NCBI GenBank assembly: GCA_002501805.1
Contig: DAOI01000008.1
Span: forward strand, 31,420 to 95,419
Direction of reading: 5' to 3'
Length of the DNA: 64,000 nucleotides
Source: Euryarchaeota archaeon UBA463
GTDB taxonomy: Archaea; Thermoplasmatota; Poseidoniia; Poseidoniales; Thalassarchaeaceae
Shown: piece by piece, positions 17,813 through 27,800 of the stretch
Layout: the number at the start of each line of letters is the position of its first letter
Numbering within the stretch: position 1 is the stretch's first letter
Made by a program: the position numbers and the translations under genes
Notes under the pieces: model-generated
What the model was told of the DNA's origin: nothing
The model's input: the letters and a program-made list of their open reading frames with translations, nothing else
Databases searched by the model: none

Positions 17813-19843
17813 TCAGAGATTCTGCTTACTTATCTTGTCTCTGAGAACCTGGCTTACTATCTTCCCGTCAGCAGAGCCTCCGAGCTTCTGCATCACCAAC
17901 CCCATTAGTGGCCCCACAGCTGACATCCCTCGCTCGGAGATGAAATCGGCTTTCTCGATCATAATTGCCTCCACAGCATCCTCGACCTCACTATTATTGG
18001 CAGGGATGAACCCCCGAGATGTAGCCTCAGATAGCATCCAATGAATCAAATCAGTGATTTTTCTCCTAGACGATTCTTCCACGAGGGGAAGAATGCCCTC
18101 CCTGGTTATTTGGCCTGTCTCCCTTAGGTGGACTGCCACAGAAAGTGCGGGGACGTTGGAAGTTCCGAATTCCAGTAGAGCGCTTGCCCAAGCCTTGGCT
18201 GGAAGGCCAAGATCTCCCTCTATTCCCTCGAATAGAATATCGTCTAATTCTCCGTTGAGAACGGATTCTGCTTGGTTATGAGATATATCCAGTTCGGACA
18301 GCCTCTGTAATCGCTCGTCTGAACTTGGAGGTAGGTTCGAACATATTGATTCCCATCTTTCGATAGAGATTTCTTGCAGGGGCACATCTGTCTCTGGATA
18401 CATTCTTGCACCCCCTGGAAGAGGCCTGAGTGCAGTGGTTGTTCCATCGTCTGGCTGGCCCTTCCTGACAACGACGTTTCTCACTTCTTGAGGGATTCTG
18501 TGATATGCCATTCTACATCTTTCTATGACAGATTCCAGAGCTAGCTTTGCTTGCCAGTGTGGGGCAACACAGAATGCGAAGGCGTCGCTCTCTGAAAGCT
18601 CCAACGATGTTCTTATTGTGATTACATCTTCTTCTGATATTCCATACGATGGCAGTTCGTCTGAATGGAAGATTCCAGCTACTCCTGCTAATTTTGCCGC
18701 GCTGGCGAGCTCCCTTCCTAGACGAGGTAGCTGAGCTCCTTGCTGATCTGGAGACTTTGTACCCAGCTTTCCTTTGAATCCTGGAAGCCTAACGGCAAGA
18801 GGAGTTGCTCCTTCAGAAAGAGCATTGCTGACCATCGAGGACTCACATGACAATAGTGATTCGGAAATATCATGGAACTCCATTGGAACTCTGGATTTGG
18901 CAGCCATTGCCACCCTATTTTCTATCGTTATCTCAGTATCTCTTCGATCAGGAGGAAGTGGGGGCAATTTTGCTTCATCTCTCAACTGATTTGTCAGTCT
19001 ATACATGTGTAGCTGTCTGGCCATCTCGATTCTTATTATTCTTGGAATCCACTCTAAATCCTGACATCCCTTGATCTCAACCCTGTCACCACAAGCGATA
19101 CTGACATTGAGGTCTTGCCTTATGGATCCCAAACCTCTTCTTACCCTTCTTGTATCCCTTAGTAGGGAGCCCAGTGCAATGGCAGATTCCTTTGCATGCT
19201 CGGGAGTGGTGATATCAGGGTCGGTGGCTATCTCCACTAGTGGAAGTCCTAGCCTATCCAGGGTATATGTCACTACTTCTCCGTCGGGGGTTGATTTGGT
19301 CTCGAGCTTTCTCGCAGAGTCCTCTTCTAAGCATATCACTGAAACACCTACTTCTCCGGTGTCTGTAAGCAATTGGCCATTCGTAGAGACTAGTGTGGTC
19401 CTCTGGAATCCGCTCGTGTTGGAACCATCGACTACTGTTTTCCTCATTGGCTGGAGGGCGGGCACGGGTTTTGCGTGTAGCATAGCAGACATTGTCAGCA
19501 CTACGTCTACGGCATCTTGATCATGAGGAAGGGGGGGGGCCTCATCCAACTCGATTAGTCCTGCATTTGGAGGTTGGACATACACGAAGGTTCTGTTTCT
19601 GCGTTGTTCGAACCTTGCCGCGATGTCTATCTTCCCTCCCTCTCCTTGAGATGCTCTGAGTCTCCTCTCAGAGTGGTTCCAGTCTTCTGGGATATCCTCG
19701 ATTCCGAACTCATACAGCTCACTGGGCATTCTAGAGTGTAGCTTTCCCGTAGCTAGTTGCTGGTGTATCTCGAGACCACACATGAAACCTAAGGAGTCTG
19801 GGTCCAAGGAAGCTGGATTTGAGACGTCTCCCAGTGGCTCCAT
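17813..19843 (-). CDS. gatE: Glu-tRNA(Gln) amidotransferase subunit E
   Basis: CGLEIHQQL, DGSNTSGFQRT, LEEDSAR, RGLGSIRQD, PGGARMYPETD. Confidence 0.97.
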   Translation of the reverse strand: MEPLGDVSNPASLDPDSLGFMCGLEIHQQLATGKLHSRMPSELYEFGIEDIPEDWNHSERRLRASQGEGGKIDIAARFEQRRNRTFVYVQPPNAGLIELDEAPPLPHDQDAVDVVLTMSAMLHAKPVPALQPMRKTVVDGSNTSGFQRTTLVSTNGQLLTDTGEVGVSVICLEEDSARKLETKSTPDGEVVTYTLDRLGLPLVEIATDPDITTPEHAKESAIALGSLLRDTRRVRRGLGSIRQDLNVSIACGDRVEIKGCQDLEWIPRIIRIEMARQLHMYRLTNQLRDEAKLPPLPPDRRDTEITIENRVAMAAKSRVPMEFHDISESLLSCESSMVSNALSEGATPLAVRLPGFKGKLGTKSPDQQGAQLPRLGRELASAAKLAGVAGIFHSDELPSYGISEEDVITIRTSLELSESDAFAFCVAPHWQAKLALESVIERCRMAYHRIPQEVRNVVVRKGQPDDGTTTALRPLPGGARMYPETDVPLQEISIERWESICSNLPPSSDERLQRLSELDISHNQAESVLNGELDDILFEGIEGDLGLPAKAWASALLEFGTSNVPALSVAVHLRETGQITREGILPLVEESSRRKITDLIHWMLSEATSRGFIPANNSEVEDAVEAIMIEKADFISERGMSAVGPLMGLVMQKLGGSADGKIVSQVLRDKISKQNL

Positions 19844-19873
19844 GGTCTAACGAGTAGGCTTTTACTCATAGGC

Positions 19874-22051
19874 TCAACGGACGAAAGAGTATGTTCCTCC
19901 ACGGGGAGAGAAAATTTCTCCACTGATACTCATAGAGGAAATTACTCCATCGACCTGTCCCTCGTTGATCCCCAGATCAGTAGCCCTGTTGTAAATCTCG
20001 TCAATGTCTGCAGTTCCTCCTCTCTCCATACAAATGCCTCTAATGATTTTCCTAACGTTCCTGTCGATATTCCTCTTTGAAGCGGAAACTCCAGAGTGAA
20101 TCTCTGACTCATCCTCGATATTTGAGTCCTCTCTCCAATGCTTGTAGACGGCCAAGGCCATCTTTGCATCGTTTTCATCTGCCGTGTGTTTTAGATGCAT
20201 TCTGGCATGTGCTTCGGTAAGTCGGATTAGTGCTTCGATAGCCCTAGCAGTAATCGGAATTGGCCTGTCCTTGTCCCCATCGCCCTCATACTCTCCTGGA
20301 GACCTGTCTAGCGCGGCAGTCTCATTCCTGACCTGAACATAGTAATCTGAAATCATCAACTTTGCCTTGTCATTTAACTGCGGGAAGAACGTTCTCTTGG
20401 CGTATGCCACATATTTTCTAAGGAAATCCATAGTTAGGTGCTTGTTTCCATCTACTCCGATACCAAATACCTCTCCTTCCTCTGTCTCAGAGGGCTCAAA
20501 GGGCAGGTCCTGTAGGCTCATTTCACTTGGTGATGAGCTTCTTATGTCGAGTATGTGCGTTGCTATTTTAGTGTCAGTAGACTTTTCAGTATCATCTCTG
20601 ATTAGCCATAGTAAGTCAAATCTTGATGCTAGTGGATAAGGCAAGTCGGTCTCTTTGAATGAAGTCATGATTGATGTCCTTTCATTCCTATTTGAGAATC
20701 TCCCGTCTTTCGGATTTGCCGCTGCGAGGACCGCGCACCTAGAGGGGAGGGTTGCTGTTATTCCTCCCTTTGCGACGAAAATCTTCTGTTGTTCCATCGC
20801 AGGGTGCATGGCGCTACGATCGTCTGGGGAGATTTTGTCAAACTCATCAATAGCTGCTAATCCTCTGTCTGAAAGAGGAAGAACCCCCGCCTCCAAGGCA
20901 AACCTGCCATCTCCGAAGGAGTCCCTGATTGCCGCCGCAGTTAAGCCGGCACCCGAAGTCCCTCCCCCAGAAGCAAACTTTCCCCTAGGAGAAATATTGG
21001 ACATGTATCCGAGAAGCTGAGACTTAGCAACACCAGGGTCTCCCATCAGTAGAATATGGATGTCACCCCTTAGATACGTATCATCAGCGGTTTTCCTCCT
21101 TACTCCTCCAAACAGCTGTAGTGCTAGAGATCTTTTGATTAGCTTGAGCTTGTCATTGGCGAATATTGACGGAGCTATAGATTTCTGCATGAGCGTCAAT
21201 AATTCACCCGATGCGGCAATCTCTTCGATTTGCTCTCTTTCCTCATCATTTATCTTAATCTCAGTGAAAGGAACACTCTCGTGTCTGGAGCTAATCATTT
21301 GGTATACGATATCGAACATTGGGGTCTTCTTGTTTCTCTTTATCTCGGACCTCACTACAGGAATCACATTTGCAGTTATTCTTTGCCCGGGAAGGTGCTT
21401 GTTGACTAAGTCGCCTTCCAGCAGTACATTGGCCCGGGAAGGTTGTGCCCCACTAGGTACATTCTCAGGTAGCTCCTGAATCTCCAGCCATTGGTTGTTT
21501 ATCATCCGAGAGCTATTCAATACTAGGTTGAATCTGGTCGAGTCGTTCCCTCTGATTGAACGTCCACATCCAGTGGCCTCAGGGCATCTCAACGGCTCAA
21601 TCAATTCGCTTTCATTGGTCTGATCTATTTGTTGGGAGTTACCACAGGACTCACACTCGAAGACAGCAACATGTATCCTAGGCTTCAATTGGGACATTTT
21701 TGTTACTATCACGTCTAAGCTCCTCAATTTGTCTATATCTCTTGATCCTATATCTCTGAGTGGGCTTAGGGTGTCTCTTGGAAGATCGGAAAGTATGACT
21801 CTTGCATCTAGATCTTCTCCCCTATCTCTACAAATTTCACTCAGTACCTTGTGTCCACTGGAGATTATACTACGGGGGTTGCTCAGGATATCCTCTGCGA
21901 AATCTGGATCGAATCCGGTTAACTCATGGAATGATACCTCGACGATGTGACTAGTAGTTTGCTTTGAAAGAAGGAGTGTGATCTCATGCTCCTTGGCCTC
22001 TGAGAGAAAGGTCTTCCATCTGGCAGCTGAATCATGAGTAGCCATCGTCAT
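19874..22051 (-). CDS. mcm: MCM replicative helicase
   Basis: C4 zinc finger, GDPGVAKSQ, IDEFDK, AAANP, SRFDL arginine finger, C-terminal wHTH. Confidence 0.96.
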   Translation of the reverse strand: MTMATHDSAARWKTFLSEAKEHEITLLLSKQTTSHIVEVSFHELTGFDPDFAEDILSNPRSIISSGHKVLSEICRDRGEDLDARVILSDLPRDTLSPLRDIGSRDIDKLRSLDVIVTKMSQLKPRIHVAVFECESCGNSQQIDQTNESELIEPLRCPEATGCGRSIRGNDSTRFNLVLNSSRMINNQWLEIQELPENVPSGAQPSRANVLLEGDLVNKHLPGQRITANVIPVVRSEIKRNKKTPMFDIVYQMISSRHESVPFTEIKINDEEREQIEEIAASGELLTLMQKSIAPSIFANDKLKLIKRSLALQLFGGVRRKTADDTYLRGDIHILLMGDPGVAKSQLLGYMSNISPRGKFASGGGTSGAGLTAAAIRDSFGDGRFALEAGVLPLSDRGLAAIDEFDKISPDDRSAMHPAMEQQKIFVAKGGITATLPSRCAVLAAANPKDGRFSNRNERTSIMTSFKETDLPYPLASRFDLLWLIRDDTEKSTDTKIATHILDIRSSSPSEMSLQDLPFEPSETEEGEVFGIGVDGNKHLTMDFLRKYVAYAKRTFFPQLNDKAKLMISDYYVQVRNETAALDRSPGEYEGDGDKDRPIPITARAIEALIRLTEAHARMHLKHTADENDAKMALAVYKHWREDSNIEDESEIHSGVSASKRNIDRNVRKIIRGICMERGGTADIDEIYNRATDLGINEGQVDGVISSMSISGEIFSPRGGTYSFVR

Positions 22052-22116
22052 CTTCTAACCTCCGGGCATATGAGACGGGAAGTCACGGTCTATAACCAAA
22101 ATGTATGGTGATGTTG

Positions 22117-22198
22117 ACCCCCTTTGTTCCAGTGGAGATTTTTTTCTTTTTTGAGGTGATTTTGAGGGATTTCGCTCTTCCACTGGAATGATGATGGT
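22117..22198. promoter_or_regulatory. Putative replication origin: inverted ORB-like boxes flanking a T-rich tract
   Basis: CTCCACTGGAACAAAGGGGGT on minus (22117-22137), TTCCACTGGAATGATGATGGT on plus (22178-22198), T-tract at 22139-22152. Confidence 0.55.
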
Positions 22199-22260
22199 TT
22201 TTTGCCGATTGTGAAAAGTTCCTTAGAGAAGTTGAAATCATTGCTTGTGATACGAGATAC

Positions 22261-22689
22261 ATGGAGTACACGCGTTCGGGCAGTGATGTCCTTGTACGGC
22301 TCGACCCAGGAGAGGAGATTCATGCCTCACTGAAGGCATTGGCGAATGACCTTGGATTTGACGCGGCTGCGATAACCAGTGGGATCGGGAGAACCCGTGA
22401 CAACCAGTATGGCTACATGGATGGGGAGGGTGTTTACCAAAGGAGGCCCTTGGACTCACCATCAGAGCTAGTGAGCTTGTCGGGTAATATCGCACGTACA
22501 GAAAATGGCGATCCTTTCACTCATATCCACTGTTGCTGGTCTGATGACGATAACAACGTTCATGCTGGTCATATGTTTCAATCGACAGTGCATGTTGTTG
22601 CAGAAATACATCTCAGAGTGATGGACAATGCGATTATGACTCGATGCCCTCTTGATGATCTTGAGCTACTTGGCTTAGAGTTTGGCTGA
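22261..22689 (+). CDS. PPC/DUF296 domain protein
   Basis: VRLDPGEE, ELVSLSGNI, HIH, HAGH. Confidence 0.88.
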   Translation: MEYTRSGSDVLVRLDPGEEIHASLKALANDLGFDAAAITSGIGRTRDNQYGYMDGEGVYQRRPLDSPSELVSLSGNIARTENGDPFTHIHCCWSDDDNNVHAGHMFQSTVHVVAEIHLRVMDNAIMTRCPLDDLELLGLEFG

Positions 22690-22707
22690 AAATATGGATC
22701 TGATGAA

Positions 22708-23307
22708 ATGAGGGTTTTGTTCGCTCATGGTTTCGAAGGGGGCCCATCAGGGTCCAAGCCCACGTACATGAGAGAAGTTCTTGGCTGGGAAGTTACCTCT
22801 CCAATAATGTCAGAGCTTGGCTGGGATATAGAAAGCCAGACCAAGGTCCTGCTCAGGTACATTGATGAGAATGATTTTGATTTGGTAATTGGTTCTTCTA
22901 TGGGGGGTTTAGCGGCTGCCAATGCCTCATCGATGCGGAGTGATTCTGATTTTCGATTGCTCCTGATTGCTCCTGCGTTCGGCCTATCGGACAGTTGGGA
23001 GGGATTATCTGAAGACGAGCTTGCCAGCTGGAAGGGTTCTGATGTGAGGACTTACAGGGGGTTCGAACTGGAGATTGATCTTGATTGGAATTTCATGGAA
23101 GCCGCTAAGAGGATGTCGTGGCCTGAAGTGGCTCATCATACCACTATTGTTCATGGTTCGAAAGACGATGTCGTCTCGTTATCTGTCTCGGAGACTGTCT
23201 CCAGTATCTCAGAAATAGTAGAGCTCGTGGTAATCGATGATGGCCACAGGATGAAGAAGTGCCTTCCAAAATTAGAGGGCTTAGCATCTGATCTAATGTC
23301 CCGTTGA
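22708..23307 (+). CDS. Alpha/beta hydrolase, YqiA-like esterase
   Basis: HGF, GSSMGG nucleophile elbow, HGSKDDVV, DDGH. Confidence 0.88.
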   Translation: MRVLFAHGFEGGPSGSKPTYMREVLGWEVTSPIMSELGWDIESQTKVLLRYIDENDFDLVIGSSMGGLAAANASSMRSDSDFRLLLIAPAFGLSDSWEGLSEDELASWKGSDVRTYRGFELEIDLDWNFMEAAKRMSWPEVAHHTTIVHGSKDDVVSLSVSETVSSISEIVELVVIDDGHRMKKCLPKLEGLASDLMSR

Positions 23308-24012
23308 GCCGAGGAAGTATTCTCCTATTTCTGGATCTGTGAGAATCTCCTTCGCAACTCCTGTATGAACTATCTTACCGTTGGATACGATGTATCCTCT
23401 ATCTGATCTGGCCAGTGAGAGACGAGCGTTCTGCTCTACAATGAGGACTGTTATTCCCTGTTCCCTTAGTGAGTCTATTCTTTCGATGATTTGCTGTTGA
23501 TAGAGTGGTGAAAGCGCGGCGGTTGGCTCATCTAGGAGCAGGAACTTCGGGTCCGAGATCAGCGCTCTGGAGATAGCAAGCATTTGTCTCTCCCCTCCTG
23601 AGAGAGAGGCGGCTAAATCATGGACCCGGTTTCTTAGGTCTGGGAACATATCTAGTGCTCTTTCTATTCTCTCGCTCAATAGGGCACTTGAGAGGCTGTT
23701 GCCCCCCATCTGGAGGTTCTCCATAACAGAAAGCGAGGGGAAGACATTGTCCACTTGGGGGACGTATGCTATTCCTTGGTTGACTAATTGATCTGTTCTC
23801 CAACCAGATACCTCAGTACCGTTGTAAAAGACCTCCCCCGAGTAATATGTGGCAATTCCAAAAATCGTCTTTATCAGTGTTGATTTTCCACATCCGTTTG
23901 GACCAATGATGGTGACGAACTCCCCCTCCTCGACATAGAGATCAATTCCATAAAGAATCTGAACGGACCCGTACCCGCCTTCTAGGTTATTCACTTCCAG
24001 AACCCTGGTCAT
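23293..24012 (-). CDS. livF: Branched-chain amino acid-type ABC ATPase
   Basis: GPNGCGKST, LSGGERQMLA, LLLDEP, VEQN. Confidence 0.92.
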   Translation of the reverse strand: MTRVLEVNNLEGGYGSVQILYGIDLYVEEGEFVTIIGPNGCGKSTLIKTIFGIATYYSGEVFYNGTEVSGWRTDQLVNQGIAYVPQVDNVFPSLSVMENLQMGGNSLSSALLSERIERALDMFPDLRNRVHDLAASLSGGERQMLAISRALISDPKFLLLDEPTAALSPLYQQQIIERIDSLREQGITVLIVEQNARLSLARSDRGYIVSNGKIVHTGVAKEILTDPEIGEYFLGSTGH

Positions 24013-24013
24013 T

Positions 24014-24814
24014 CTATTCCTCCTCCGTCTTTCCAGCAGCGCCAAGGTACGCCTCGATTACCTTTTGATTGGCTCTCACCTCATCTGGCGTTCCTTGCAT
24101 GAGCACCTCTCCTTCGTTCATCACGACAATTCTGTCGACTCCCTGTCTCAGTATGAAGTCCATATTGTGCTCGATGATAAGAATCGAGATTCCGGTTTCG
24201 TTTACGATATTTCTGAGATTGTTGAAAATCTTCATTGCTAGAGGCCCAGCTACCCCTGCTACTGGCTCATCTAGGAGTAGTAGCTTCGGACTCCCCATCA
24301 TTGACCTCCCGATATCGACCAGCTTTGACTGCCCTCCTGACAACTCACTGGCTAGGTTATGTGCCATGTGAGGGACTTCTAATTGATCGAGTGCATGATA
24401 TGCATCCATGAGCCTTTCTCGCTCGGATGGATTATTTCGGGACAAGATTGCTTTGAGGAATTCTTTTGCATTTGTTCCGAACTGCTTCCTAGGAGGAACC
24501 ATTAGGTTCTCTATTACAGTCATCTCCCTCCAGAGGTTTGTGTGCTGGAATGTTCTTGTCATTCCTCTGTTCTGAATCTGATCTGGCCTAAGTTCAGAGA
24601 TGTCCTCACCAAACATCTCAATCTTTCCGGACGTCTGTTCTAGTAGTCCGCTAATACAGTTGAATGTGGTCGACTTACCACATCCGTTTGGACCAATCAA
24701 CCCAACGAATTCGCCTTCACCCACCTCAAAAGAGACGTCCTTTACTGCAATCAGCCCTCCGAACTCCTTCCGAAGACTCTGTACTTTCAGAACTGGTTCA
24801 GTCACTTTATTCAC
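24014..24814 (-). CDS. livG: Branched-chain amino acid-type ABC ATPase
   Basis: FGGLIAV, GPNGCGKST, RTFQ, LLLDEP, IEHNM, VIEAYLG. Confidence 0.92.
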   Translation of the reverse strand: MNKVTEPVLKVQSLRKEFGGLIAVKDVSFEVGEGEFVGLIGPNGCGKSTTFNCISGLLEQTSGKIEMFGEDISELRPDQIQNRGMTRTFQHTNLWREMTVIENLMVPPRKQFGTNAKEFLKAILSRNNPSERERLMDAYHALDQLEVPHMAHNLASELSGGQSKLVDIGRSMMGSPKLLLLDEPVAGVAGPLAMKIFNNLRNIVNETGISILIIEHNMDFILRQGVDRIVVMNEGEVLMQGTPDEVRANQKVIEAYLGAAGKTEEE

Positions 24815-27800
24815 CTCCGTCTGGTCTAGTAGGTCTGATCGGGACTTCTGGCAATAGGCCCTTGGAGTTGAACTTGAGTGAGAACAGCATCAGACACCCG
24901 ATTAGCATGAGCTTGATGTAAACCATGTCCGCACTAACTGCCCCTGCGAAGAACGACTCATTGATGGATCTCTCACCAAGAGCAAGTGCGGCGAAGAGGA
25001 ATACTGCGGCTCCTGAAAAACCAATATCGAAAAGGCTCTCTAATCTGGTAATGTAACCTACAAGTGCCGCTATGGCGAAGATAGTGGCTACATCCCATTG
25101 ATTTGTTATTATCCACTCGAATAGAGTGTCTATTCTGTCAGCGGTAACATGTAGAGGCAAGTCTGAAGAACCCTGAGCCGCTACCAAGACATTGAATACG
25201 AATTCCATCAGAACTATGATGAAGGCCCCGACAACCATTCCCCTGTTATTGGATGTGCCTCCAATGATGAAGGCCGCCCATACCAAAAATGTAGAACGCG
25301 CAGGGGACATGAAGCTCGCATCGAAACCTGTGAGCTTCCAGGCCCAGAGTGCTCCAGCAAGTGCAGCTATTGCGGCTCCTAGAGCGAGGCTGGCAGCCTT
25401 GTGAGTCAAGATGTCGTGGCCATGGTGCTGGGCAACCTCCTCATCCTCTCTGATAGCCTTGAGTACTCTTCCCCAAGGCGATGAGAGTAGTCTGGAGAGT
25501 AGTGTCCATACGATAATCACTGAGGCCACGGATAATAGCATTAGCATCATCATGTAAGGAGCCGGTTCGCCTAGGTTCAGTAGCTCACCTATGTAGTGGG
25601 CTGGAGTGCTGTCTAGCAAAATGTCATCCCTGCAGACGTCGGGACTAGCCCACTGTGTATCTGGGCCGGACTTCTCCGATCCACAGAACCACCAGTCCTC
25701 CAATGGTAGTGGATATCCTGATATCCCGATTGCAGAAGCAACCGGACCCGCTCTCAGAAGTGGTTCTCCAGCTAGGAGAACTCTTACAATCTCCCCAAGC
25801 GATATGGTCACTATGGCAAAGTAGTCTGTCCTCAATCTAGCAGTAGGATAGGCAAGTAGCCAACCGATGGCGGCGGATAGTAGCATAGCCACTATTGTGG
25901 CCTCCATGATACCCCAATCATATCCGAACACTCTTTCTGGAGCGGTTAGTATTGAGACTGTAATCGCCCCAATAGAGACGAAGAAAATGATTCCGAAGTT
26001 TACCATTCCGGTATACCCGGTATGTAAGTTTAGAGAAAAGGCCATCAAGATGAAGATAGAGAGTGTGAGTAGTACGTTCGATACCTGGAGGACTTTCTTG
26101 AACTCATAATTGTCCGATTCGGCTATTGGGAGCCAAACTAGGAACATAACTAAGATCGTTATGAGTATGTAGAACGAAATCCAGGACCCCAATGGACTCT
26201 GTCTTCCGTACATCTTGAGATTTGTCTTACGACTCTCTGGAATTTTGAGTATCTTCATTACTGGTTCAAGGAATCTGAGTGATAAATCGATAGCGTGGGA
26301 CTTCAACTCCCCTGGTTTGAAATAATTACTCAATCTCTCCCTTTGTCGTTTAACCATTCTTTCATGGTTCCTATCCAGCTCTGATAATTTTTGCCTAATA
26401 TCAGATATTGGAGAGGGGGTTGAGTCGAAGATGGATTTCCATTTGGAGAATAGTGGGAATGATATTTTCTCATTCTCCTTGCCATTCATTATCCTGATTC
26501 CTTCATACGCAGAGAATGCCCATAGTAATACTAATGCTAGTGGCCAAATCAAATCTCCTGCGTCGACAATAAAGTTGACGAGATCAATCTCGAATCTCAT
26601 TTGATTGAGCCAGGACTGTTGCATATCGGCCAGAGCGCCTGGAATCCATTGTTCGGCTTCGAAAGGCGTCATTCCACTGGGGGCGCTGGTCTGATCCAAC
26701 AGATGGGTCTCCGTCAGAGGACTATCTTCCAGTATTAGCTCTCCATCGTTCCTCCCGGTCAGAATTGCTAGATTGGTTTCGGCGAACTCGTTTTCCTGGC
26801 AGGACTCAGCACAAGAGCCATCGGCAAAGGAGTTCCTTTCAACAAAATTGCTGAATCTGTGAAATACGTATGAGGCCAAGGCGATTACAGAGAATGTTTG
26901 CATCCTGTGTGTTCTGCCCCTCCACCAGTGATGCAATCCGAAAATTCCAGTAGGGAGTAGTGCTAAGCCAGTGGCTATTTTGGCATCTGTTTCCGTATTG
27001 ACCTCCTTCTTATTGCGAAGTCTGTCAATCTTCCACTTCTCGTATGCGTCTCCGATCCCTTCGGGCATTATCATTAGTATTGCGACTAGGAAAATATAGG
27101 GCATGACACCATCCAAGGCAGAGTAGTTAGAACGTCCGAGTGGTGACCCTATGCCAATCAGTACAGGAGATGAGAGTGCTCGTACGAAGCCTACGATGAT
27201 AGAGCCCACGATGGCACCTGGAATGGATCCTATTGTCCCTAATACAATGATAGCGAATGACGGGAGGAGTAGGGTGAAAGCGGTCTCTGGACTGAATCTG
27301 AGTGTCATTGCGAATATCGCGCCACCCATTCCAGATATTCCAGCAGACAGGAAAGCGCTCGAAAGGTGAACCCTCTCAACGTTGATTCCGCTACTGGCGG
27401 CAAGCTCTGGATTATCGGCAACCGCCCTCATCCTCCTGCCAAGTCTTGTCTTGTTGAGTAGGAGCATCAGGAGGAGCACCGATGAGAAAATTACGAATGG
27501 GACTGCTCCCTTGTAATATGCGTAGTTGGTGGTAGCTTGTGTTACGCAGTCTGCAGTGGTATCATAGAGTTCATATGCTGGTTTTGAAGCTTCAGTCACT
27601 ATTCTGGATAATATAGGCTCGCCTGTTGTTTCGTCTACACCCGTCTGCTCGCAGGTCCACTGAGTATAGGTCCTGCCCTCATCTATCGACCTGTCTCCGA
27701 GATTGAGTCTGAGCTTGGTAGTGGGTATCTCCCACCTCAGATTTGGCATCCTCCAGTCTCCCTCTGGCTCGAACATGTTTCTTCCAGAGCCAAATCTTAG

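Noticed and set aside
19874..22051. Intein in MCM
   Set aside because: Normal length, contiguous motifs, no splicing-junction signature.
22083..22323. Short minus-strand ORFs upstream of mcm
   Set aside because: Low-complexity translations of the T-tract/ORB region; they overlap the DUF296 gene.
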